Below, piece by piece: positions 1-7,647 of a stretch of 64,000 bases of DNA. A program made the position numbers and the translations under genes. Under the pieces are notes generated by a model. The model had not been told where the DNA came from. It did not search any database and saw only the letters and a list, made by a program, of their open reading frames with translations. Source of the DNA: an uncultured bacterium (lineage in GTDB: Bacteria; Patescibacteriota; Saccharimonadia; UBA4664); assembly GCA_963740635.1 (NCBI GenBank), contig CAVUEQ010000001.1:145026-209025 (forward strand). The letters are read 5' to 3'. Numbering within the stretch: the first letter of the stretch is position 1; each line of letters starts with the position of its first letter.

Positions 1-120
1 CGGCCGGGTCAGATTGCCCCCGGAGGCTTTCTCGACATTGGTCCAGATCTGGTCCAGCCAGCCGTCGATCGTCAGACCAGCCGCCTGGGCCGCTTGCGCG
101 ATGGCACCCTCTTGAAACAT
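1..120 (-). CDS. hypothetical protein, first 40 codons only (gene continues past the left edge)
   Basis: ATG at 120-118 with GAAAGG 7 nt upstream. Open frame MFQEGAIAQAAQAAGLTIDGWLDQIWTNVEKASGGNLTRP runs to position 1. No family is recognisable from 40 aa. Confidence 0.4.
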   Translation of the reverse strand, partial: MFQEGAIAQAAQAAGLTIDGWLDQIWTNVEKASGGNLTRP

Positions 121-159
121 GGCCTAACCTTTCATGGGAGCCGGACAGGAACTAAACAC

Positions 160-183
160 AAAAAGCCCGCTCATGGGAGCGGT
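160..183 (-). terminator. intrinsic terminator-like hairpin in front of the left-edge gene
   Basis: Minus strand CCGCTC (182-177), loop CCAT, GAGCGG (172-167), then GC and TTTTT (164-160). Confidence 0.5.
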
Positions 184-225
184 GCCGGGTGTTTCTCTCT
201 ACCTAATCGTGAACGTTCGAACCAG

Positions 226-312
226 CTACCGCTCGTATATCTCCATACACACACAGGCACAGCCGAACTGGGCGGCTTGCCGAGTGGTAAGGATTGCGCG
301 GGTAACGGTCAT
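226..312 (-). CDS. candidate leaderless small ORF, 28 aa, Cys-rich (MTVTRAILTTRQAAQFGCACVCMEIYER)
   Basis: ATG at 312 lies 6 nt after a -10-like hexamer. Stop TAG at 228-226 abuts a segment able to pair with the downstream terminator arm. No homology evidence is available. Confidence 0.25.
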   Translation of the reverse strand: MTVTRAILTTRQAAQFGCACVCMEIYER

Positions 313-318
313 GGTCCG

Positions 319-347
319 AAATTAACACATTGCGAGGGGCTTGTCAA
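319..347 (-). promoter_or_regulatory. sigma70-like promoter (TTGACA-17 nt-TAATTT)
   Basis: Minus strand TTGACA at 347-342, 17 nt spacer, TAATTT at 324-319. Confidence 0.4.
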
Positions 348-363
348 AATAATTGCGTTGGGG

Positions 364-399
364 ACGGCGGAACGGGGGACAGTGCCCCCGTTCCGCCGT
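364..399 (-). terminator. perfect 15-bp-stem hairpin downstream of the 421-1437 gene
   Basis: ACGGCGGAACGGGGG (364-378), loop ACAGTG, CCCCCGTTCCGCCGT (385-399). It lies 22 nt after the minus-strand stop at 421. ATTATTTT follows on the minus strand after an 11-nt gap. Confidence 0.6.
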
Positions 400-420
400 T
401 GGTGCGTTCAGCCGCCTTGG

Positions 421-1437
421 CTAGGACGCGGCGCCGGCAGTGAGCGCCGGGCGGGTTGCTCTGGCCATGAGCGCTTCCAGCTCATCGTCCTCGAGCGGTG
501 AATAGGTGTTGATTGCCAGGTCGCCCAGCCTGTCGAGGGCGGCCTGGCTGACGTAGCCGCGGTGGTTCACGTTGGATATCACGTAGGCCAGCGTGAGCTT
601 GATCCTGGTGCGTCGTGACGCGAAGTCGCCGATCTCGCGGTCGTGGGCGTCGAGGGTCCGCCTCACGAGGATGCCGAGCTCCTCGTCACTGAGCTCCCGG
701 CGCTCGACGCTGAAGATCTCGAGCGTGGACACCGGGAAGTACTCGGCCACCAGGTCGTTCCAATCGGGCGGGTACTGGAGTTCGAGCGGCCGGGGCCAAT
801 GCGAGCTTGAGCGAGAGCCAGAGACCATCTTCTGGATTACCTCGAGCGGCTCCGGTCCCTCCCGGAACTTGGCGAGCAGCTCGGCGAACAGTTGCTGCCC
901 GAGCCCCCACAGTCGTTCCTTGTCGGGGACGTATCCGGAGCCGGCGAGGATTTGCGCGCGGGCCTCGGGCAAGGTGACGCGTTCCAGGGACTGCCACAGC
1001 CGGCGCTCGACCGTGATCAGCTCGCTAGTAGACGGGGGAGTGTCGTCCGAATGGAGGCTCTTCCAGATTCGCAGCTGTTCGCGAATGCCTGCGCCTTCAC
1101 GCTCTACTTGCGCTCGGATGCTGAACAGGCGGATGGCTTGATCGAGATCACCGTTGCGGTCAAGACGATCGGCCATGGTTGCCGGCGACAACTTGCCCTT
1201 CGGGTGGAGGTAGGCATTGTAAGACCGCGCGATGTCGTTTTGGGCGGCCTGGTCGCCGGCGAGGGCGTGGTCGAGCAGCTCGCCGAAATCGCTCAGTTGC
1301 TGGGCTTCGCTGGCCTGCTGGGCGGCCTCAGCCGTGGCCATTGTCTTTGCCACGTGTTGGGCGTACAGCCAGAGGCCGAGGAGGTAGAGGCCAACAACGC
1401 CTGCGCCGGCGATCAAAGCAATGATCAGTGGATTCAT
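421..1437 (-). CDS. hypothetical N-terminally membrane-anchored protein (338 aa)
   Basis: Taken from the ATG at 1437 (MNPLIIALIAGAGVVGLYLLGLWLY = one TM helix). That ATG overlaps the stop of the upstream lipoprotein gene by 4 nt (ATGA). The longer 481-aa form in the ORF track overlaps that gene and is R/P-rich. Confidence 0.6.
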   Translation of the reverse strand: MNPLIIALIAGAGVVGLYLLGLWLYAQHVAKTMATAEAAQQASEAQQLSDFGELLDHALAGDQAAQNDIARSYNAYLHPKGKLSPATMADRLDRNGDLDQAIRLFSIRAQVEREGAGIREQLRIWKSLHSDDTPPSTSELITVERRLWQSLERVTLPEARAQILAGSGYVPDKERLWGLGQQLFAELLAKFREGPEPLEVIQKMVSGSRSSSHWPRPLELQYPPDWNDLVAEYFPVSTLEIFSVERRELSDEELGILVRRTLDAHDREIGDFASRRTRIKLTLAYVISNVNHRGYVSQAALDRLGDLAINTYSPLEDDELEALMARATRPALTAGAAS

Positions 1438-1973
1438 GAGCGAACCTTTCGGTAGGGCCCCCGCTGGGGGGCGGCTTGCGGGCCGGGACTTGCACCGGGG
1501 CAATCCAGCGCGTAGCTGGTCCCGGTGGGGGTGACGATGGTCCAGCCCGGCATCATCCGGCTGGCCAGCGGCTTGAGACCGGCGATGACGCCGGCGCAAT
1601 CTGTCTGGACAAGCCATTCGTATTGGCCTTGCCAGTGAGTGACTTTGACCGTGTGACTGGCGTCGCGCCGGGGGGTGGCGGGGGCAGACAGGTCGAGATA
1701 GACCTCCCGCACTTGGTAGCCGGCGCTGCCAGTGACCACTTTGGTCTGGCGCAGGTTGGCGGGGCTGATCCACTGCCCCGGAGGATTGGCCGCTGTGAGG
1801 CAGGCCTGGGGCAGCTTGGCCAGGTCCACGAGCTGCCGGACCGGCGGAGTACTGGGCATGACGCAATTGGCGGCCGGCGGGTTCGGCTGGTTGGTGTCAA
1901 AACCCGGGTTCGTGCAGCCCGTGGCCAGCGCGGCGGCCACTAGTGCGGCCAGGATAAAGGTGATGAGCCTCAT
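1434..1973 (-). CDS. putative lipoprotein (179 aa)
   Basis: Signal peptide plus lipobox: MRLITFILAALVAAALATGC. Translationally coupled to the next gene. Confidence 0.65.
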   Translation of the reverse strand: MRLITFILAALVAAALATGCTNPGFDTNQPNPPAANCVMPSTPPVRQLVDLAKLPQACLTAANPPGQWISPANLRQTKVVTGSAGYQVREVYLDLSAPATPRRDASHTVKVTHWQGQYEWLVQTDCAGVIAGLKPLASRMMPGWTIVTPTGTSYALDCPGASPGPQAAPQRGPYRKVRS

Positions 1974-2059
1974 GCGGTGTACCTCTCTCTTGGACGCAGC
2001 TGGGCAGGGGTGCTGGATGGGTGTGCATTCTGAGGCCCTGAGGCCGTTGAACGGTGCAA

Positions 2060-2088
2060 ATAATACAATTTATACGTGCTGGAGTAAA
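2060..2088 (-). promoter_or_regulatory. candidate promoter for the lipoprotein operon (TTTACT-17-TATTAT)
   Basis: Minus strand TTTACT at 2088-2083 and TATTAT at 2065-2060, about 85 nt upstream of the ATG at 1973. Confidence 0.3.
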
Positions 2089-2421
2089 GCGCAGGCGGAA
2101 TAAGGGGGCGCTCGGAGGAAGTCTGGGTTGAGAAAATTATGGTTTAGTAATGTTTTACCCTCAATTAGTGAGGAGGAACGGGTGAATTTGCCTTGATGCC
2201 TGGCATAGGCCGGCCTGGAAGTATCGGCGGATCTGAGTGCGCGAGTAGTCTCTATCTGTTGAGCCTATTATGCCATCATTTTTGCGGAACAAAGGCCCTC
2301 CGAGCAAGGCGGTCTCGGAAAAAACTATGCTCTAAATATCTTTCGCCCCCGCTGCTCACCCGGCTGCCTTGCCGCCCATCTGACGGCACGGTAAACTGGT
2401 AGGGATGAAAGTACTCGCCCT

Positions 2422-3477
2422 ATGATCAACCGGGTATTGGGACTGTTGTCCCACGACATCGGTATCGACCTTGGCACCGCCAATACGTTGGTGTATGTGC
2501 GCGGGAAGGGGATTGTGATCAACGAGCCGAGCGTGGTGGCGGTAAACGTGAAGACCAAGCAAGTGCTGGCGATCGGCGACGAGGCCAAGAAGATGGTGGG
2601 CAAAACCCCGGCCAGCATTGTGGCCACGCGGCCGCTGGTGGACGGGGTGGTGAGCGACTTCGAGGTCACCGAGCAGATGCTCAAGTACTTTATTAATAAG
2701 GTGCATAACGAGACCTATGCGATTTTTCCGCGGCCGCGCGTGGTGGTAGGCATTCCGAGCGGGGTGACCGAGGTGGAGAAGCGGGCCGTGGAGGATGCGG
2801 CCACGAATGCCGGCGCGCGGCAGACCTTTTTGATCGAGGAGCCGATGGCGGCGGCGATTGGCAGCCGCCTGCCAATCCAGGACGCGGCGGGGAGCATGAT
2901 TGTGGACATCGGCGGGGGCACGACTGAGGTGGCGATTATTTCGCTGGGCGGAATTGTGGCTTCGAGGAGCCTTAGAATCGCCGGGGACGAACTGAGTGAC
3001 GACATTATTCAATACGCGCGGGAGCAGTTTAACCTGCAGATCGGGGAGCGGACGGCGGAGAACATTAAGATCGCGATCGGGTCGGCGTATGCGTCTGACG
3101 GGCCGAAAGAAATGCCGATGCGGGGCCGGGACTTGGTGACGGGCCTGCCGAAGGAAATCGCGGTGACAAGCGAGCAGGTGCGGGCGGCGTTGAACAAGAG
3201 CGTGCGGGAAATTGTGGAGGCGGTGAAGATCACGATCGAGGAGACGCCGCCCGAGCTGGTGGCCGACATTATGGAGCGGGGCGTGTTCCTAGCCGGCGGC
3301 GGGGCGTTGCTCAAAGGCCTCGACACGATGCTGGCACGGGAAACCAAGATGCCGGTGCATGTGGCCGAGGACCCGTTGACGGCGGTGGCACGAGGGACGG
3401 GGTTGGTGCTGGAAGACATTGACGCGCTCAAAGAAGTGCTTGTTCCAACACAGTACGGCAAAATACCCCGGGGTTAG
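2422..3477 (+). CDS. mreB: rod shape-determining actin homologue MreB
   Basis: DIGIDLGTANTLVY, MIVDIGGGTTEVAIISLGG and GVFLAGGGALLKGLD are actin/MreB phosphate and adenosine motifs. mreC and mreD follow. Confidence 0.95.
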   Translation: MINRVLGLLSHDIGIDLGTANTLVYVRGKGIVINEPSVVAVNVKTKQVLAIGDEAKKMVGKTPASIVATRPLVDGVVSDFEVTEQMLKYFINKVHNETYAIFPRPRVVVGIPSGVTEVEKRAVEDAATNAGARQTFLIEEPMAAAIGSRLPIQDAAGSMIVDIGGGTTEVAIISLGGIVASRSLRIAGDELSDDIIQYAREQFNLQIGERTAENIKIAIGSAYASDGPKEMPMRGRDLVTGLPKEIAVTSEQVRAALNKSVREIVEAVKITIEETPPELVADIMERGVFLAGGGALLKGLDTMLARETKMPVHVAEDPLTAVARGTGLVLEDIDALKEVLVPTQYGKIPRG

Positions 3478-3516
3478 GGTAAACGCAGGAGAGGGCGCAT
3501 TTCATGAAGTGGCCGA

Positions 3517-4314
3517 ATGAATAGATCGAAGGCAAACCGCCGGATCATCATCGTGGTGGCGGTGGGCGCACTGCTCGTGGCCCTCGGCGTGAGCGGCCGG
3601 CTGGGGCCGGTGCGGTGGCTGTTTGACCACACGGTGGTGCCGGTGGCGTCGGGTTTGAGCGCGGCAGGCTCGACGGCCGGCGAGGCCATAAGCAACCTGT
3701 CGCGGATAAGCTCGCTGGCGAAAGATAACTCGCGGCTGCAAAACGAGAATGCCGACCTGCGCCAGCGGCTGGCGTCCGACGCCGAAACCCGCCACGACAA
3801 CGAGCTGCTGCGCGAGCAATTGGGCTTGCAGGTGGCGGGGGCGCCCAAGCAGGTGGCTGCCGAGGTGGTGCTGTTCGCGCCGGATTCGTACCGGCAATTC
3901 GTGACGATTAACCGGGGATCGTCGTCGGGGATCGCGCCGGGTATGGCGGTGACGTCGAGAGGGGTACTGATCGGCACAATTGCCGATGTCCAGAAAGACA
4001 CGAGCCGTATAACGTTGGTAACGGACCCGGAATTTAAGCTGGCTGCCAAGGATCAGGACACCGGCGCCACCGGCATTTTGCGCGGGCAGGTCGGCAATGG
4101 CCTGGAACTCGACGAAATCGGCCAAACCGACACCGTGAAACCCGGAGATTCCGTGACCACTGCCGGGCTGGGCGGGCAAATTACGCCGGGGCTGCTGATC
4201 GGCAAGCTGCAGTCGGTGAACACGCGTTCGAATGTGGTGTTTCAGTCGGCGCAGGTGGAAACGGAATTTAGGGTGGCCGGATTGCGGTTTGTGTTTGTGG
4301 TGACGGGTCAATGA
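3517..4314 (+). CDS. mreC: rod shape-determining protein MreC
   Basis: N-terminal TM, a coiled-coil stretch (SRLQNENADLRQRLASD) and a beta-rich C-terminal half. Located between mreB and mreD. Confidence 0.85.
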   Translation: MNRSKANRRIIIVVAVGALLVALGVSGRLGPVRWLFDHTVVPVASGLSAAGSTAGEAISNLSRISSLAKDNSRLQNENADLRQRLASDAETRHDNELLREQLGLQVAGAPKQVAAEVVLFAPDSYRQFVTINRGSSSGIAPGMAVTSRGVLIGTIADVQKDTSRITLVTDPEFKLAAKDQDTGATGILRGQVGNGLELDEIGQTDTVKPGDSVTTAGLGGQITPGLLIGKLQSVNTRSNVVFQSAQVETEFRVAGLRFVFVVTGQ

Positions 4315-4811
4315 GACGGCTGGCGGCAGCCTTGGTGGTGGCGGCGGCGGTCCTCATCCAGCTCAGCCTGCTGCCGGCGCTGCGGCCGTTTGGGGTGGTG
4401 CCAAACTTGCTGTTGGTGGTGATTGTGTTGGTGTGCCTGAGCCTGCCGACCAGCGAAGTGCTGGTGGCCGCCGCGGCCGGGGGGCTGGTGCTTGACCTGG
4501 GCAGTGGTGCGAACTTCGGGCTGTGGACCGGCGTATTAATGCTGGTGGCACTGGTCGGAGGTGTGCTGCACCGGGCCGGGATTGAGCTCGACCGGGCACC
4601 GGTGGCGCCGGCGCTGGTGGCGGTAGGGACAATTTTGATCGCGGTGGGGGTGTGGATTGGGCTGCTGAAGTCGGGCGGGCCGTGGCCGGGCCTGTCGCCC
4701 GGCGGGCGGCTCCTGGTCGAACTCGTGATAAACTTGAGCTTAACGATGTTGCTGCGCGGGCCGCTGGGGTGGCTGATGGGGATGGGGCGGCAGGCGAGCG
4801 CGGGGGGCTAG
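4311..4811 (+). CDS. mreD: rod shape-determining protein MreD
   Basis: 166-aa polytopic hydrophobic protein. ATGA overlap with mreC; the position in the cluster supports the call. Confidence 0.75.
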   Translation: MRRLAAALVVAAAVLIQLSLLPALRPFGVVPNLLLVVIVLVCLSLPTSEVLVAAAAGGLVLDLGSGANFGLWTGVLMLVALVGGVLHRAGIELDRAPVAPALVAVGTILIAVGVWIGLLKSGGPWPGLSPGGRLLVELVINLSLTMLLRGPLGWLMGMGRQASAGG

Positions 4812-6812
4812 GTGCGGCGATCGATTTTTGGCTATCTTGAGGGAGTTTCGGGGCAGGATGGGCTGAGGCTCAGCCGGGAGGTGGCGCGCCACGAGGAGTG
4901 GAGCGAGGCGATTTTGCCGGCCGATGTGCAAATGGACGCGCCGGAGGGCGACACCAACCGCCGGCCGCTAATGGTATTTGCGGCGGTGGGCTTGCTGGCG
5001 CTGGCCGTGTTGGGGCTACGGTTGTTTAGCCTCCAGGTCCTGGCCGGCAGCGACAACCTGGCGCTGGCCAACGGCAACCGGATCCGGGAACGCGTGGCCC
5101 GGGCGCCGCGCGGCATGATCTATGACCGCAACAAGATGGTGCTGGCCCGCAACCAGGCGAGCTACGACGTGACCGTGGTGCCGCAGCTGCTCCCCGAAAA
5201 CCCGGCCGTACGGGCGGCGGAGTACGCCAAACTCGGGGGCATGATCGGGATGAGCGCGGCCGACGTGCAGGCCAAAGCCGAAGCGGTGTGCAAAACCCAC
5301 GACCCGGCTTGCATGCGCAGCCCGGTGGCTGAGCTGGTGGCCAGCGGCGTGCCGCGCGACAGCTCACTGGTGGTGGAGCAGTCGGCGGATATGCTGCCGG
5401 GGTTTGCCCTCGACGTTAACCCGATCCGCGAGTATGGCGATGATAACCTGCTGAGTGTGTTTTTGGGCTACACCGGGCGCGTGAGCCCCGACGAGGTGGC
5501 CGGAGATTCGAGCTATGGCCCCACGGACCTGATTGGCAAGCTGGGGCTCGAGAAGCAATATGAGGCGCAGTTGCGCGGCACCAACGGCGGCGAACGGACC
5601 GAGGTGGACGCCACCGGCCGGCCCATCCGGGTGCTGGAGAACGTGGATCCGGTGCCCGGCAACAACCTCGTGCTGTCGGTCGACATGGGGCTGGAGCGGA
5701 CATTCGCGGCCGCGATTTCCAAGCAGATGCAAGCCTCCGGCGCCAAGCGGGCGGCCGGGGTGGCGATCAATCCCAAGACCGGCGAGGTGCTGGCGGCGGT
5801 GAGCCTGCCCAGCTACGACAATAACGAATTTAGCCGGGGGATATCCCAGTCCGACTACCAGAAACTCACTAGTGATCCGGGGCAGCCGTTGTTTAACAAA
5901 GTGATATCGGGGGCGTACCCGTCGGGGTCGATTATTAAGCCGCTGGGTGCGAGCGCGGCGCTGCAGGAAGGCATAATTACGCCCAGCACCACTATTAATG
6001 ACACCGGCCAGCTCGACGTTGTGAACCCCTACGACAATTCGACTCACTACATTTACAAAGGCTGGGAACATAGCGGATTGGGGGTGGTGAACTTGTTTTC
6101 GGCGATCGCGCGCAGTTCGGACATTTACTTTTACACGATCGCGGGCGGGTTCACGAACTTCACGCATTACCTGGGGGTGGAAAAGCTGACGGCTTATTAT
6201 CAGAAATTTGGCTTGGGCAAGCGCACGGGCGTGGACATTCCGGGCGAGACGGCGGGCCGGGTGCCGACGCCCGAGTGGAAGAAGAAGTTTTCGGGATTGC
6301 CGTGGTACACCGGCGATACGTACAACATCGCGGTGGGGCAGGGTGACATCCTGGTGTCGCCTCTGCAGATGGCCACCTCGATCGCGGCTATTGCCAACGG
6401 CGGAACACTGCTCGTGCCGCACTTTGTGTCGCAGGTGCAGGATGCGGCGGGCAAAGTAGTGAGCTCTGCGAAGCCCGAGGTGGCGCGCAAGGATTTCATT
6501 TCTCCGCAATATCTCAGCCTGGTGCGTCAAGGTATGAGGGCGGCGGTGCACGAATCATATGGGACGGCCTGCTGCTTTATGGACCGCGACGTCCCGGTGG
6601 CGGTGGCCGGCAAGACGGGTTCGGCCGAAACCGATCCGGCCAACAACATTCCGCCGCACTCGTGGTTCGAAGCGTTTGCGCCGTACGATGACCCTCAAAT
6701 TGTGACCGTAGTGCTGCTCGAGAAGGCGGGGGAGGGCGCGCAATATGCCGTGCCGGCCACGCGTGAGACCTTGGCCTGGTATTTCACACAGGGCGCAGGC
6801 GCGAAACACTAG
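4812..6812 (+). CDS. mrdA: penicillin-binding protein 2 (elongation transpeptidase)
   Basis: N-terminal TM. SxxK = GSIIKPL, SxD = RSSDIYF, KTG = GKTGSAE. GTG start lies directly after the mreD stop. Confidence 0.9.
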   Translation: MRRSIFGYLEGVSGQDGLRLSREVARHEEWSEAILPADVQMDAPEGDTNRRPLMVFAAVGLLALAVLGLRLFSLQVLAGSDNLALANGNRIRERVARAPRGMIYDRNKMVLARNQASYDVTVVPQLLPENPAVRAAEYAKLGGMIGMSAADVQAKAEAVCKTHDPACMRSPVAELVASGVPRDSSLVVEQSADMLPGFALDVNPIREYGDDNLLSVFLGYTGRVSPDEVAGDSSYGPTDLIGKLGLEKQYEAQLRGTNGGERTEVDATGRPIRVLENVDPVPGNNLVLSVDMGLERTFAAAISKQMQASGAKRAAGVAINPKTGEVLAAVSLPSYDNNEFSRGISQSDYQKLTSDPGQPLFNKVISGAYPSGSIIKPLGASAALQEGIITPSTTINDTGQLDVVNPYDNSTHYIYKGWEHSGLGVVNLFSAIARSSDIYFYTIAGGFTNFTHYLGVEKLTAYYQKFGLGKRTGVDIPGETAGRVPTPEWKKKFSGLPWYTGDTYNIAVGQGDILVSPLQMATSIAAIANGGTLLVPHFVSQVQDAAGKVVSSAKPEVARKDFISPQYLSLVRQGMRAAVHESYGTACCFMDRDVPVAVAGKTGSAETDPANNIPPHSWFEAFAPYDDPQIVTVVLLEKAGEGAQYAVPATRETLAWYFTQGAGAKH

Positions 6813-6815
6813 CGG

Positions 6816-6824
6816 TTATCCACA
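6816..6824 (+). promoter_or_regulatory. perfect DnaA-box 9-mer TTATCCACA
   Basis: Exact match to the consensus, 4 nt after the mrdA stop. It is a single copy, so its function is unknown. Confidence 0.35.
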
Positions 6825-6902
6825 CGTCAAGCTGTTATTTCGCACTTGACGCCAGGGGGACGTTGAGCGAGTATATTAGGACAAAATACTACTCTCAGGG
6901 CT

Positions 6903-6929
6903 CGGGGCTAACCCCCCGGGGTATTTTTT
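6903..6929 (+). terminator. G/C hairpin followed by T6, located upstream of the greA RBS
   Basis: GGGGCTAACCCC / CCCCGGGG self-complementary run, then TATTTTTT (T-run 6924-6929). Confidence 0.45.
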
Positions 6930-6968
6930 AACCCATTGGGCCGCACGGGAGGAGAAGGAGTGGACATT

Positions 6969-7439
6969 ATGACCCCAGCAGTCAAAAACGAATTTCACCT
7001 GACCGCGGAAGGCCTTCAGGCGCTCAAGGATGAGCTTCACGAGCTCACGACGGCCAAGCGCGGGGAAATTGCCGGCCGCCTCAAAGAGGCCAAAGCCGAT
7101 GGTGACCTGAGCGAGAACGCCATGTATGACGCTGCCCGCGACGAGCAGAGCTTCGTGGAGGGGCGGATCGCGGAAATTGAGCACATTCTGAAGCACGCGG
7201 CGGTAATTTCGAACAAGAGCAGCAGCTCGGTGGCGCTGGGCTCCAAGGTGCACGTGCAGCTGGAAGACGGCGAGCAGGAGTACGTGATCGTAGGCTCCAC
7301 CGAAGCCAACCCGGACAAGGGCTACATTTCGGACCAATCGCCGATTGGCAAGGCGCTTTTGGGCCGCAAAAAAGGCGACGAGGTGGAGGTGGAAGTGCCT
7401 TCGGGAACGATTAAGTACCGGATTAAGAACGTCGGTTAA
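6969..7439 (+). CDS. greA: transcription elongation factor GreA
   Basis: GGAGAAGGAG RBS, then ATG at 6969. N-terminal coiled coil (NAMYDAARDEQSFVEGRIAEIE). C-terminal SPIGKALLGRKKGDEVEV. Confidence 0.9.
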   Translation: MTPAVKNEFHLTAEGLQALKDELHELTTAKRGEIAGRLKEAKADGDLSENAMYDAARDEQSFVEGRIAEIEHILKHAAVISNKSSSSVALGSKVHVQLEDGEQEYVIVGSTEANPDKGYISDQSPIGKALLGRKKGDEVEVEVPSGTIKYRIKNVG

Positions 7440-7455
7440 TCATCGCTAATAAAGG

Positions 7456-7487
7456 AAAGTCCCCTCTGGGGGCTTTTTCTTTTTTTG
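7456..7487 (+). terminator. intrinsic terminator after greA
   Basis: AAAGTCCCC-TCT-GGGGGCTTT stem-loop followed by a long T tract. Confidence 0.7.
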
Positions 7488-7523
7488 CCCGATGCATTTT
7501 TTCAAGGCGCACCCTTTGCAGGG

Positions 7524-7595
7524 GTGTTCCAGTATATGGAATTTTTGACTGATTTTACGCTCAGGATTTTGAGCAAATTCCATATACTGGAACAC
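7524..7595. repeat. perfect 21-bp inverted repeat with a 30-nt spacer
   Basis: GTGTTCCAGTATATGGAATTT (7524-7544) and its exact reverse complement AAATTCCATATACTGGAACAC (7575-7595). Confidence 0.9.
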
Positions 7596-7647
7596 TACCC
7601 AAGTGGGCGTAAGACTTTTATTTCGCGATCGGGGAAATTCCGTTAGA

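Noticed and set aside
205-235. tRNA-like GGTTCGAAC (T-loop-like) on the minus strand
   Set aside because: The flanking bases do not form a T stem. The only acceptor-like pairing encloses 58 nt, too short for a tRNA. It is better explained as part of the antiterminator pairing.
421-1866. 481-aa form of the minus-strand ORF
   Set aside because: The first 143 residues are Arg/Pro/Gly/His-rich and overlap the well-formed lipoprotein gene (1434-1973) in another frame. The ATG at 1437 gives a TM-anchored protein with an ATGA coupling overlap.
5364-6551. 395-aa ORF antisense to mrdA
   Set aside because: Arg/His/Pro-rich composition typical of the reverse frame of a GC-rich gene. It lies entirely inside a gene with clear PBP motifs. 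The same reasoning applies to the other long antisense ORFs in the track (for example 7684-9030, 9888-11069, 12929-13807, 22372-23304, 24253-25050).
6816-6824. Replication origin, suggested by two perfect DnaA boxes (here and at 19821-19829)
   Set aside because: Each box is solitary and they are 13 kb apart. There is no cluster of boxes, no adjacent AT-rich unwinding element with repeats, and no dnaA/dnaN nearby. They are kept only as possible regulatory sites.
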